This document shows, piece after piece, positions 38,811-49,024 of a stretch of DNA of 64,000 nucleotides. The notes below the pieces were generated by a model. That model worked only from the letters and a program-made list of their open reading frames with translations, did no database searches and was not told where the DNA came from. Position 1 is the stretch's first letter. The number at the start of each line of letters is the position of its first letter. This DNA comes from a virus (lineage: Duplodnaviria; Caudoviricetes). Made by a program: the position numbers and the translations under genes. The stretch covers positions 31,183 to 95,182 of the IMG/VR virus record IMGVR_UViG_3300044652_000032; one strand, 5' to 3'.

Positions 38811-40269
38811 AAAGATCCTCCACGTTGTAGCTGCCGTCCCTTATTCCGGCGAGGAACTCGTCGTCCGGTATGCCGAGCCGCGCCCTCGCTCTTCGCATGC
38901 AGATGCTCCGGCTCGTGCCGTTAATCTGCTCCCAAGTCTGACCAGCAGGCCAGTCGTTAGGCTCCGTGCGCTCGGCGTTCATCCGCGCCAGTTCGTCCTT
39001 GGCCACCTCCGCCACGGCACGGTATGCCCAGCGGAAGTTGCGCTCCTCGTTGTCCACGCCGTCGGTAGAAGCGAGGCTCTGCAGCGACTCTAGGGCCAGC
39101 GTGAAGTGGTTGGGCGTCGCGCGGCCCTCGCGCTCGCCCTTAAGAAGGTTGATGGCTATCTGCAACTCCACGCGCTCACGATTGTTCATGTTCACTCTCC
39201 GTTCGGGTAGTAGTCTATAAGCATGAAAACGTCGGCGACGGTTTGACCTCCCTCACGCACGAGTTTATCTATAGCGAGTTCGCACTCGGCCATCTCGTCA
39301 TTACAGGCGGCGACTATCTTGCTCAGGTCGCTGGAGTGCGCGTCTTTAACCATAGCGTCGCGGTAGCGCTTTATGGCTTGCCGCTTGTTATACCAGTGCG
39401 ACATTTGACCGTTGACCGCCATACGACCTCCGATACTCCTCATCGTTCTCCATAAGCCACGCCACCACCTCGCCGAAGTTGAGCCAGCGCAGGTAGAGGC
39501 TCTTGTCGCCACACCACGGACACCACACCGTTCGCTCCGTCACGGACTGGCGGAAGTGGCGCGAGCAGCGCGTGCACTGGTAACGTCCTTCTGGCATCAG
39601 AACTCCAAGCCGTCCTTGTCCAGCTTGGCGTCCGCCGCGCGCACGGCCTCGACCACCTGCTCCCACGTCATCGGCTGCTCCAAAGTACCGCACGGCGTGC
39701 ACGTGCCTATATTATTGTTCATTGCGGAAGATATCGCTTTGCGCGCAACGGCGGACTCTTCGGCAGTATAGTACTCATACAGTTGACAGCCGTCGGCTAC
39801 GGCCTCGAAGTAGCAGCGGACGCCGTAGCCCTTGAGGTACTGCTGGTAGGGCACGTACAAGTCCGGTTCGTTGTTGGCCGAGGCGTCCAGCTGACCCCAG
39901 TATTCCGGCACGTACAACTCGACGTGCGTCACGCGGTCGAGATTCAACACCCTGTTGCCTATTCTCACAAGGTACATCACGATCTCCTTTCTCAGTCCAC
40001 CAGCAGTATGAGACGTTCGCGGTACATCATCTTGTCCGCGTCCTCGTGCGAGTCCAAGTAGCAGAGTATCCATCCCTCGCAGCTGTCGCGCTTCCACATC
40101 TTGCCGACGTACTGTCCCGTGGGTTCGCTGTGCGTGTAATCCAGCAGCGTGCGGAAGTCCGCCGCCGTCATCAGCGCGTGCGTCTCGTCAAGGAGTATGC
40201 GCTCGCGGTCGGGCTGTTGCCAGTGGCGGCCCAGTGGATCGGTCATCACGGGTATATGGAACGTCTGGC

Positions 40270-40521
40270 TCATTCCTGTCTCCATCCTGCGCCTTTTTTA
40301 GCTGCCGCCTCGAGCGCGGGCATCTCCAGCTCGCGGTAAGAATTGTTCCGCTCGTCTAAGCTGGCGACCGTCCGGCCCTCACGACGCTGGCGCACTGCCC
40401 AAGCGAACAGTGTCAGTGCGGAATTGAACAAGTCTTTCTTCGTAGCCAGTCCGCATTCCAGCCTCAGTTGCTCCAACTCCTCCAGACGCTCGTTTGGCAA
40501 ATCGAACTGTATACGCTTCAT
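40270..40521 (-). CDS. Ribbon-helix-helix-like regulator
   Basis: KRIQFDLP..RLEELEQL...TKKDLFNSAL. Confidence 0.55.
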   Translation of the reverse strand: MKRIQFDLPNERLEELEQLRLECGLATKKDLFNSALTLFAWAVRQRREGRTVASLDERNNSYRELEMPALEAAAKKGAGWRQE

Positions 40522-40687
40522 CAGGTCTTCCTCCTTCGCGCCCGTAGCGCCTTCTCTATCCAGACAATCTGCTGCCGTCGCTGCGCCTCGTGCTCACGAC
40601 ATACGGGCATACCTCGCAGCACGGTTACAGCCCTCGCCCCGCACGGCACTCCCGCCCCTCCGTAGCCGAAGCCACGGAACTTGCAGC

Positions 40688-41158
40688 TCAAAGTGTTGCG
40701 GGCTGGATGCGGAATCGTACGCCCCTTTCTACCAGTACGTCCTTGCTCAACTCGTCGGCGCGCTCGTTCTGCTCGCGAGGCACCCACTCGAACTTCAGCG
40801 CGCCATCGGCGAATGCCCGTGCCAGTAGCACGGCCTGACGGTAGTAAGGCGTGTACAATCCACGCTTGACGTGCCACAGCCCCTTCATTTGCATGACAAC
40901 CAACTTGCTATCGCCGCGTATGGTGACGGGCACTTGACAGGTGATTACGGCGAACAGAGTGCTACCAGTTAGATGCTCCAGCAGAGCTATAAGGCCACTG
41001 TATTCCGCCACGTTGTTGCTCATGGTGGGGCCGTGGCCGACGTAGCCTGAGCGTGCCCACACCTCGCCGCCGTTAAGGTAAACAACAGCTCCCCACGAGG
41101 CGTGACCTCCGGGATTCTTTGGCTCACAAGCGCCATCAAAGTAGGCTTCAATTTTCAT
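40688..41158 (-). CDS. rnhA: Ribonuclease HI
   Basis: YFDGAC..NPG, NNVAEY, GDSKLV, WVPREQNERADELS. Confidence 0.92.
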   Translation of the reverse strand: MKIEAYFDGACEPKNPGGHASWGAVVYLNGGEVWARSGYVGHGPTMSNNVAEYSGLIALLEHLTGSTLFAVITCQVPVTIRGDSKLVVMQMKGLWHVKRGLYTPYYRQAVLLARAFADGALKFEWVPREQNERADELSKDVLVERGVRFRIQPATL

Positions 41159-41193
41159 GATAAGACTTCACCACTTATTGCCGTTGGGAGCGT

Positions 41194-41370
41194 CGGCGTG
41201 GTTGAAAAGTTTTCAACCACGCCGCTACTACTCGCTATCGCTCGTAGTAGCGTTCTTTTGAAGGAGCTTTTTTGTAGTTATTCTTTTGTATATATGAGCA
41301 AGTTGGGAAACCCAATCCGTGCAAAGCGGGAAGCCCAATTTGCAGCAAGTTGGGAAACCCAATTTGCAGG
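41194..41370. repeat. Iteron-like repeats, AT-rich tract and palindrome (candidate replication origin)
   Basis: GCAAGTTGGGAAACCCAAT x2 plus a GGGAAGCCCAAT variant; inverted repeat CGGCGTGGTTGAAAA-G-TTTTCAACCACGCCG. Confidence 0.6.
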
Positions 41371-41398
41371 AGTGCTCCGTTGCTCATATTACGCCTAA

Positions 41399-41875
41399 TC
41401 ACTGCGCGCCTCCGAGGTCGAGCGTCGAGTCGTCTGCCGTAGCGGTGGCGCGGCGCGCAATCTCGTCCAGAACCTTATCGACCAGCGGGTGATTGCGGAA
41501 GTACCACGTCGCGCCCGTCTGGTTGTCGTGGTAGGAGCAGTAGAACGCCTCGGTGCCGTCCCGCCGCGTGAACGCCTCGCCGCGGTCGTTGGCGCGGCGC
41601 AGCGCCGACTTGGACTTGTGGCGCACGCCCAGCCGGTCGAAGGCCGAGCGGAACTCGTCCTTGCTGAAGGCCAGTTCCTCGCACCAGCTGTCGCCCTCGC
41701 GGTAGCGCTGGTTCGTGCACGGCTCCAAGAACTTGAAGAAGCCGTTGGGCCGCGCGTTGAACCGGAAGTCCAGCTGCTGCATGAGCAGGCAGGCCGTGAC
41801 GCTCCCGCAGTAGGGGCGCAGCTCCTTAACGTAGGGGACGGAGTTGCGCGTGACGCAGAGGATTTTGTTTTTCAC
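41399..41875 (-). CDS. Putative replication initiator N-terminal (winged-helix) protein
   Basis: GSVTACLLMQQLDF...SWCEELAFSKDEFRSA; followed by iterons. Confidence 0.55.
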   Translation of the reverse strand: MKNKILCVTRNSVPYVKELRPYCGSVTACLLMQQLDFRFNARPNGFFKFLEPCTNQRYREGDSWCEELAFSKDEFRSAFDRLGVRHKSKSALRRANDRGEAFTRRDGTEAFYCSYHDNQTGATWYFRNHPLVDKVLDEIARRATATADDSTLDLGGAQ

Positions 41876-42049
41876 CGTGGATCCCGTCCGGGAGAGCCAA
41901 CAAAGCAATGACCGCTGCTGCCCCCGTGGTTACGACACGAAAAGCAGCAGCGGTCAAGCCCTAGCGGATTCAGTTGTCGATGGGATCCAGTCCCGTAACG
42001 ACTGAACCCGCTGAAATCCTTCTCATGGACGCGAGCAAGGACGACCGCA

Positions 42050-42090
42050 ACTATACGCGCTTTTGTGCAAAAAAACAAGTCCCTTTTTTT
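42050..42090 (-). promoter_or_regulatory. Repeated promoter (TTGTTT-17-TATAGT)
   Basis: -35 at 42078-42073, -10 at 42055-42050. Confidence 0.75.
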
Positions 42091-42128
42091 AGATTGTCAA
42101 AGAACCGACGGCAAAACCGTTGACTGCC

Positions 42129-42398
42129 TTAGCCGTTAACCTCGTACACGTGGAAGACCATCTCCATCTGCACAAGCTGGAACGTGCCGATGTAGACGCG
42201 CTGCTCCCCCTCGGCCATGGGATGGCCCGTACCGTAGATGCGCAGCGTCCGATCCTCGGACGCTGCCTGCGGATCGACCTCGGCCCAGAGGCAGGGCACG
42301 CCACCCTGCACCTGTACGCAGAGGATACGCGCTCCGCGTGGCATCCTCACGCTCTGCACGTCCGTCACTTCCAGCGGGAATTTCCATATCGTCTTCAT
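42129..42398 (-). CDS. Conserved phage hypothetical protein
   Basis: TIWKFPL...LWAEVD...GTGHP...YIGT...VFHVYE. Confidence 0.65.
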   Translation of the reverse strand: MKTIWKFPLEVTDVQSVRMPRGARILCVQVQGGVPCLWAEVDPQAASEDRTLRIYGTGHPMAEGEQRVYIGTFQLVQMEMVFHVYEVNG

Positions 42399-42729
42399 TA
42401 TTTATCCTCCGATTGATGCTTGAGCCAGTTCTCGTTCCACAGCCTGCGCCCCTCATTGACGGCGATGGCCAACTCCGTAGGCGTTATGTCCTGAGTGAGC
42501 GCTTCATCGCCTAGGCCCGTGACTAGGCCGCCGAAATTTTCGTAAACTAAAGCCAGTGCCAAGCGTATTCCGTGCTCGCGGGCGTGCTCGGCCAACCGGC
42601 GCATCTCTTCCAGGTCACCCGTGAAGGGCACACGCGGATTTACGGCTTCACGTAGCACGGCGGCCAGTGCGTTGACCGTGCCTACGTCCGTCGCGACAGC
42701 GTGGTGGTCGCCCAGCAGTTCTTCCTTTA

Positions 42730-43101
42730 TCATGATGTCTCCTTCGCCACGGCGCGGTACGCCGCGCGCATCATGTCGGACAGGCGCGTAGCCTGCTCGA
42801 AGGTTATGGTCGCGTCGCGCATCAGCACCCACTCGATGGCGTCCAGCGTCTCGGCGGGCGGAACCTGCTGCGAGGGCATAAACGTCTGCAGCGGGACGCC
42901 CAGCCAGCGGCACACGGCCAGCACCGTCTCCGACTCCACCTTGGGTACGCCCGTCCGCACAGCCGAGGTCTTGTTGTTCGCTATGCGACTGAACGTGGAC
43001 TCAGATAGTCCGCACTCGTAGGCGCACTTCCACTGTGGACGCCCTTGCATCTTAACGCGGACGGCACGCGCCAGCGCAGCGTAGTCAATCGGTGCGGTCA
43101 T
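42730..43101 (-). CDS. XRE-family HTH regulator
   Basis: AYECGLSESTFSRI...VLAVCRWLGVP. Confidence 0.75.
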   Translation of the reverse strand: MTAPIDYAALARAVRVKMQGRPQWKCAYECGLSESTFSRIANNKTSAVRTGVPKVESETVLAVCRWLGVPLQTFMPSQQVPPAETLDAIEWVLMRDATITFEQATRLSDMMRAAYRAVAKETS

Positions 43102-44265
43102 GACGCGTCCTCGATTCGGTGGAAGTTCGCCCAGCCGGTGTAAACCCACTCCGTTCCGAGGATGCCGCCGCGTCGCTTCTCGCGTCGCACCAGCACGGTC
43201 AGCGAGTCGTGGTCGGCGCTGCTGTGCGTCAGGTGGACGCGCTCCACCGTGCCGACGAACATACGTCGCGCGCTCAGCTTGGACGTTATTTGGTAGCGTC
43301 CGCCGACGACGATGCCCTCGCGTTTAGAGAGCAGCGCAACGATCGCCTCCTCCGTCTTCTCTATCTGCTTGTCCAGCGTCTTGACCGCCCGCTCCTTCTT
43401 ACTCCGCAGGTTAGTCAACTTGCGCATCAGCAGACCGTGCCGCTGATTGTGTGTCAGTCTTGACATAATCGTCCTCCCACTCGACGTAGTCCTCGTCGCA
43501 AAGGCGCAGCAGGTCATCACGCTCGCCTCGGCGATACTTCCTGTCCACGCGCACCCACACTCGGAATGGCTCTTGAGCGGGGCCGAGCAGCACGCCCCGC
43601 TCCTCCGTCGTGCCCTCAGGCTTGCCCTCTGGAAGCACAACGCGCCGCTGCACGTCCGAATCCTTGAATCGCTGCATCAGCCCTGCTCCTTGGTTAACGC
43701 ACGCAGGTCTTTGGCCGTCAACTTGTGCTGTGAAATCAGGCGACGGATATCGTCCAGCGCGTCGGCCTTTGCCTTGGCGCGTTGCGTCGCGGCGTAGTTG
43801 CTAGCCCACGCGTCAAACTCCGCCGCCCTCGGCTCGTCACGCAGCAGCCACGAGGGCACGAGCAAGTCAGCGTTCGTGGCCTGCACGGGCGCGTCGGGGC
43901 AACCCTCGGCCTCGTCGAACGTGCTGACGTCGGTGTGGACATAGTCGAGAGAGAGGACGAGCAGCACCTCGCCGGGTGTGCTGTACGGCTCGTAGGCGTC
44001 CACGAGATCGCAGCGCGGCCCTGTTCCCCGGTACTGCCGCAGACGCGGATATTCCTCGGACGGCGGCAAGATGACCGGACGGCTGCCACGTAGATTCTCC
44101 AGCAGGAGGTGACGAAACTTGCCGAGTCGCCAGAAGTCATCGCGGGCCTTTTTAGCCTCGCGGAACGTCACGATGGCGTCGTACAAACTGATACGCGATG
44201 CGCTCTCGATGTTGCTCTTATCTAAGGCGATTCTGCCCGTGATTGTATCTTTATCGTGCGTGTTC

Positions 44266-44964
44266 TTACTCATCAGGGAACATCTCCTTTCTCACTACGA
44301 CCTTCACCTGCTCGACCAGCTTGCGCGTGTCGTCGGCGAAAAAGGCTTCCGACGCCGTGGCCGGGTAGCGCACGGCATAGCGGGCGTAAGCGGGCGCGTC
44401 CGGATGGTAGCGGGCGTTGCGCTGCACATACGGTACGGCCTGCGCCTCGGCCAGTTCGTCGCGCAATCGGTTGACCAGTACACGGCTGTACCGCCCGTTG
44501 TGCGCGTACCAGCCCGCGCCGTCGTCCGTAGAACCGTCCGGCCAGATGATGACGACCGGCTTGTCGGCGCGCAGCGCCATGCGAATGGTCGTCCACGTTC
44601 CGGATCGCAACTCCTCCTCAAAGTTGGCGGGGCACGCCAGCAACTCCTCGCTTTCGAAGACGATGTCGGCGTCACGCGCCAAGTACGCCTTTGGCTCGCG
44701 CGTGGCGTGATAGTTGCAGTGGGCAGCAGCATTATTGTCTAGCGGCGGGTGTCCTACGAGGTAGAACATGGGCTGCTTAACGCCGCCCTGCCAGCAGTCC
44801 AGCCACAGCGCGATGGCGTGGCACTCGGCGTCCGCGTGTATGCAGTCGCCGAGGTGGAGGGTAGCCGGGCCGCGCTGCTCCAACTGTGAGAGCAACTGGT
44901 GACGTTGCGCCTGCCGCAAGGGGACGCGCCCCGTTCCGGTAAAGCCTATGTGACGGTCGTACAC
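44266..44964 (-). CDS. SLOG-superfamily nucleotide-processing protein
   Basis: IGFTGT, HLGDCIHAD, LARDADIV, RSGTWTTIRMA. Confidence 0.7.
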   Translation of the reverse strand: MYDRHIGFTGTGRVPLRQAQRHQLLSQLEQRGPATLHLGDCIHADAECHAIALWLDCWQGGVKQPMFYLVGHPPLDNNAAAHCNYHATREPKAYLARDADIVFESEELLACPANFEEELRSGTWTTIRMALRADKPVVIIWPDGSTDDGAGWYAHNGRYSRVLVNRLRDELAEAQAVPYVQRNARYHPDAPAYARYAVRYPATASEAFFADDTRKLVEQVKVVVRKEMFPDE

Positions 44965-45412
44965 TAGGGTAACTCCTTTCTCAGTTTGAGAAGTACTCCA
45001 AGATGGGCAGGTTCGTGGTCAACGCGCGCCACTTCACGGAATCCAAGGCGCGGTACTCCGGCTCGTCCCAGTGCACCATGCCCGCGCCTTGCCACTCCTC
45101 CAGCACCTTCTGCTGCCGACGGCTGAACGGCCCGACGGCCTCGACCATGCCGCGACGCAGCAGCGCACTGATGACCTCCTCCGTGGCGTAGCTGAGCGTG
45201 CCGTCGTCGTCGTACGAGCCTTCGCTGGCCTGCACCTTCTGCTTGCGACGCTTCAACTCGCGGACGATCTGCCTGACCGAGACGCGGTCGCTGACCAGCA
45301 TACTGTTGACTACTTCGCTAATATTGCGTAGATTTGCGTGTCCCACTAGCACAGCCTCCTTTCTGACGATAAAAACCCGTCCTACGTCCTGCAAACGCTC
45401 GAGACGAGCACT

Positions 45413-45901
45413 TTACAGGTTGTTGCGGCGCAGCACGGCTCGGTTGCGCTCCGCCAGCAGATCGGCGTCGTCCTCGGCTTCGGCCAACAAGTCCGCCACA
45501 TCAACGCCCTCCACAGGCCACTCGCGCATGGCGTCCCACGCCCCGTCCGCCGAGCGTTCCGCCGCGAGTTCGCCGTAGTAGTCCTGCGCGGCGGCGTAGC
45601 GGTCGGTCACCGTTTGCAGCACCAAGGCCAGCGCGGCCTCGGTCGCCGTGCGGTACTCGCCGAACTCCTCGACGTCGGTGTCGGGCGGATCCCAGAAGGT
45701 GCCGGAGTACGTTACGAGCCTGCCGAGCGCCCAGCCGCCGTCGCCGGAGTCGTAGAGCAGGAGGTCGTCAACGCGCAGCCCGTCGCCGTACTCGTCCTTG
45801 GTAATGTCCGAGGCCGGACGCCCCACGCAGCGCAGCGCCTCCTGCAGCCAGAAGACCAGCTCGGCCTCGCGCGCCGTCAGGTTAGTGTCCAATAGGTTCA
45901 C
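45413..45901 (-). CDS. Acidic hypothetical early protein
   Basis: D/E-rich ORF with RBS. Confidence 0.55.
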   Translation of the reverse strand: MNLLDTNLTAREAELVFWLQEALRCVGRPASDITKDEYGDGLRVDDLLLYDSGDGGWALGRLVTYSGTFWDPPDTDVEEFGEYRTATEAALALVLQTVTDRYAAAQDYYGELAAERSADGAWDAMREWPVEGVDVADLLAEAEDDADLLAERNRAVLRRNNL

Positions 45902-46027
45902 GTCGTCCTCCTTACCACAGCCGCCGGTTGAAGATTGTGTACCGCCAGCGCCTGCCGAAGTAGGCGAAGAGGCGGAAGCGCGTGCCCCACAAACTGGGCA
46001 CGATGCGGAAAAAGCTGCGTCGTCTGG

Positions 46028-46294
46028 TCATGACTCCTCCTCGTCCTCGTAGTCGTCCGCCTCGAGGTCGTCGGCGCGGTACAGCGTAACCACCGCGCCG
46101 AACTCGCGGTCGAACACCCGGAGCAGGTGCTCGTAGTCGGACTGCTTCATCTCCGCAGCGATGGCGTCCGCGTCCTTGTCCATCTGCTGCGCCAGCTTGC
46201 GCGCCAACCCCAGCAGGTAGAAGGCGTTGCCCTGCGGCCCGCCGAGGTCTATCTCGATGCCGCGCGGCATCTCGCGTCGTGACTTGATAGCCAT
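46028..46294 (-). CDS. Conserved phage hypothetical protein
   Basis: IDLGGPQGNAFYLLG...SDYEHLL..FDREFG. Confidence 0.65.
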   Translation of the reverse strand: MAIKSRREMPRGIEIDLGGPQGNAFYLLGLARKLAQQMDKDADAIAAEMKQSDYEHLLRVFDREFGAVVTLYRADDLEADDYEDEEES

Positions 46295-47550
46295 TAGGTT
46301 CCTCCTCAGTACGCGACGGCTATCGTGCCGTCGTCGGCTATGGACTCCGGAATCTGCTCGGCGTCGAGCACGTCGTTGTCCCCGGCGGTAGCGAGAACGT
46401 CGGCGGGGTACCACGCCACGCCCGCGCACCGGCTGCGCCCGCGTATGGCCGTACCCAACTGCTCCTCCATCTCCAACGCTGTCTCCAGCGCGGCGCGGTA
46501 GCGCCCCGCGTAGCTCCGTGCCGCCCCGCGCAGGCAGTAGGCCAAGTACGTTCCGGGCGTGACGCCCTGCCCCAGCCCGCGCCTTGCGTTCTCGGCCAAG
46601 TAACCCGCCAGATATTGCGACGATCCTTTCCGTGCCATTAAGCCTGCCCTCCTTCCGTGATGAGTCCGCAGCGGCGCAGGGCGCGCACGGCGAACAGGTT
46701 GCAGTTAAGGTTCAACGACTGCTTGGCCATCTGAAGGCCGCAGGCGTCCAGCGCCGCCTTGCTCTCCGCCGCGGCCTCGTCGTAGCCCGCCACAATCTCC
46801 TCGCGCATGGCGGCTATCAGCTCCGCCGTCTGCCCGTCCGTCGGACGCACGCCCCGCTCGCCGAGCATCTTGGCGGCGGCGCGCATCGTTCCCTTGCTGA
46901 TGACTTCGGCCAAATCCATTAGAACAGTTCTCCTTCCTCGGCGACGGCGGCCAGCGCCGGAGGCAGCCGGTCGTCGTCGTTGAAGAGTTCGACCTGAACG
47001 CGGTACATGGTGGCGTCGGCCAGCGGCACGTGGACGGTGCACGACCCCCACCCCGACGCGCCAGCGCCGCCCTGAAGCACGAACACCGGACGCCCCTGCT
47101 GCCCGAATTCAGGCACTTGGATAGAACACATGGCGTCCCATGGCAGCGGATACTCGCTGCGGTCGTCGCAGTCGAACATGATCTGCACATCGCTGTCGTC
47201 GAGCATGTCTTCCAGCTCGGCCACGGCGTTCACGGTCAGTCGGTCGCAGCGCACGTTGTAGGTCTTCATTAGGTTTCTCCTCTCGTCTTTGGGTTCGTAG
47301 CCGTTAATAAAGTCCGAACGCGCGGGAAACGAAGTTGTCCTCCGCGAGTACGGCGTTCCAGCTCTTGCTCAACTGCGCTTGCGTCAGCAGGTAATTAACG
47401 AAGTCCTCCTGCCGCCAGCCAGCGTGGCCGCCCGCCTGCACCTTGCGCCCGTCAACCGTGGCGGAGTAGGTAACGCTGTAGCGCGTGCGCTTAACTTCTC
47501 TTATTCCGGTGACTGTCATCAGGTAATCTCCTTTGTTTTTCAAGTCTTCC

Positions 47551-47638
47551 TAACCAACAAGGGCATTATACGCCCTTCCGAGACAAAAAACAAGTCTTTT
47601 TTATGAAATAGTTAAAAATAATTTTGAGCAAGTTAAAC
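47551..47638 (-). promoter_or_regulatory. Leftward promoter of a divergent pair (TTGTTT-17-TATAAT)
   Basis: -35 at 47593-47588, -10 at 47570-47565. Confidence 0.85.
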
Positions 47639-47691
47639 CCTCTGTTTTGAATAATTTAATTTGTAAGCACGTGCCGGAGCGCCGCGTCAAC

Positions 47692-47733
47692 TTAAAAAAG
47701 GGACTTGTTTTTTACGTCTGACTTTTGTATAAT
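47692..47733 (+). promoter_or_regulatory. Rightward promoter of a divergent pair (TTGTTT-17-TATAAT)
   Basis: -35 at 47705-47710, -10 at 47728-47733. Confidence 0.85.
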
Positions 47734-47790
47734 GCCTCCCGTCGGAGGCAAGGAGGACGACGGAGGGCAGACGGTATGGGAGTGGGGACG

Positions 47791-48126
47791 ATGTACGGAG
47801 GAGGGTTGACCGTGCGGGCCAACGGTGCGCGCTTCCGCGCGTTGCGCGAGGAGCGTAGCCGGGCCGCCGGGCGCGAGCTGCGCCAGTACGAGGTGGAGCG
47901 CGAAGCGGGCGTGGGCGCTGGGCAGCTTACGCGGTACGAGCGCGGGCTGACCATCAACCTCAATGATCTCGAGAGGATGGCCAACTACTACGGCGTGACG
48001 CCGCGCGACCTGACCGACCCCTCGAGCCTGAGCGTTATGCTGGGCATCCGCGCCCGCATAGACGAACTCTTCAGCGGCGGTATGCTGCTGCCGACGGCTC
48101 CTGCTCCGCAGGAAGCACGCACTTAA
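47791..48126 (+). CDS. XRE/Cro-like HTH regulator (start uncertain)
   Basis: RALREER...QYEVEREAGVGAGQLTRYERG...LERMANYYGV. Confidence 0.8.
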   Translation: MYGGGLTVRANGARFRALREERSRAAGRELRQYEVEREAGVGAGQLTRYERGLTINLNDLERMANYYGVTPRDLTDPSSLSVMLGIRARIDELFSGGMLLPTAPAPQEART

Positions 48127-48149
48127 CCGTTATACCAGCGAGGGACACA

Positions 48150-49022
48150 ATGGCTACTCCGGAAGTGGGCGAAGAAGCTTTCGCCGTCGTTGTCGCGGCA
48201 GACTCTGACGTCACATGGTACGGCGACGAGCGTGAGGCCGTGGAAGACGCACTCGCCATCGTCAACACCGTGGGTGGACGCCTCGCCGTGGTCAAGATAA
48301 TCGGGTGGGTAGCGCCGCCTGTCAACTCGGCTCGCTACTCGCCCGTCAACTCTTTTGATAAGGTGGCCGATGCCGTGCGGACGTTTAACGACGCCGTAGA
48401 AAGCGCGGCACCGCAAAACGGACACGCCTCCGCCCCCGAACGGAAAAACTCGTCTGAGGCCGTGCAGACGCCCGCAACCGTGGTCTCAGAAGCTGTCGCG
48501 AAGAGCAAGGCGATTAAGGCCGTCGAGTTCTCGGAGAAGTTCGTCGAGGCGCAGACGGACTGGACACGAGTGGCGCACCCCTTCGAGCGTTACCCCGGCG
48601 GGCTAAGTTGCCGACGGTGCGACCGCGACGCCGACGACCCGCTGCACGGCAAGAGCTACCACGCCGACCGCCAAGCCGATCTCGTAGCTGCTCCGCTCGC
48701 GGTGGCGATGGTGGGCGAGTCGCTTTTGCAGGATAAGGCAGCACAGTCGTTGCCCTTCGACGCCCCGTCGCCCCGTGCGCCCAAGCACCCGGCCTTCCGC
48801 GGCGTTGACCTGCCCGCGCACTGGAACATCACGGCCACGGACGGTGACGCCGGGCCTTCCACGTCCGTGCAGCACGGCATGATTATGACGGGCTTTGCGG
48901 CCACGAACACCAAGATGGAGCCGACGCTGAAGGCCATCGTGGCCGACGACGTCACGCTCAAGGCGCTGAACTACGGCACGGCGGAGGCCATCCTGAAGAT
49001 TCTGAACAGCATCAAGCGATAG
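48150..49022 (+). CDS. Hypothetical protein with H-CxxC-H zinc motif and an embedded repeat
   Basis: HPF...CRRCDRDADDPLH; contains repeat copy B. Confidence 0.6.
   Translation: MATPEVGEEAFAVVVAADSDVTWYGDEREAVEDALAIVNTVGGRLAVVKIIGWVAPPVNSARYSPVNSFDKVADAVRTFNDAVESAAPQNGHASAPERKNSSEAVQTPATVVSEAVAKSKAIKAVEFSEKFVEAQTDWTRVAHPFERYPGGLSCRRCDRDADDPLHGKSYHADRQADLVAAPLAVAMVGESLLQDKAAQSLPFDAPSPRAPKHPAFRGVDLPAHWNITATDGDAGPSTSVQHGMIMTGFAATNTKMEPTLKAIVADDVTLKALNYGTAEAILKILNSIKR
48405..48460 (+). repeat. Dispersed element, copy B (in frame within a CDS)
   Basis: 26-bp identity with copy A; CGTCTGAGG end shared with copy C. Confidence 0.8.
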
Positions 49023-49024
49023 GA

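Noticed and set aside
31221-47638. AT-rich repeats as a CRISPR array
   Set aside because: Copies are kilobases apart and have promoter geometry; no spacers or cas genes.
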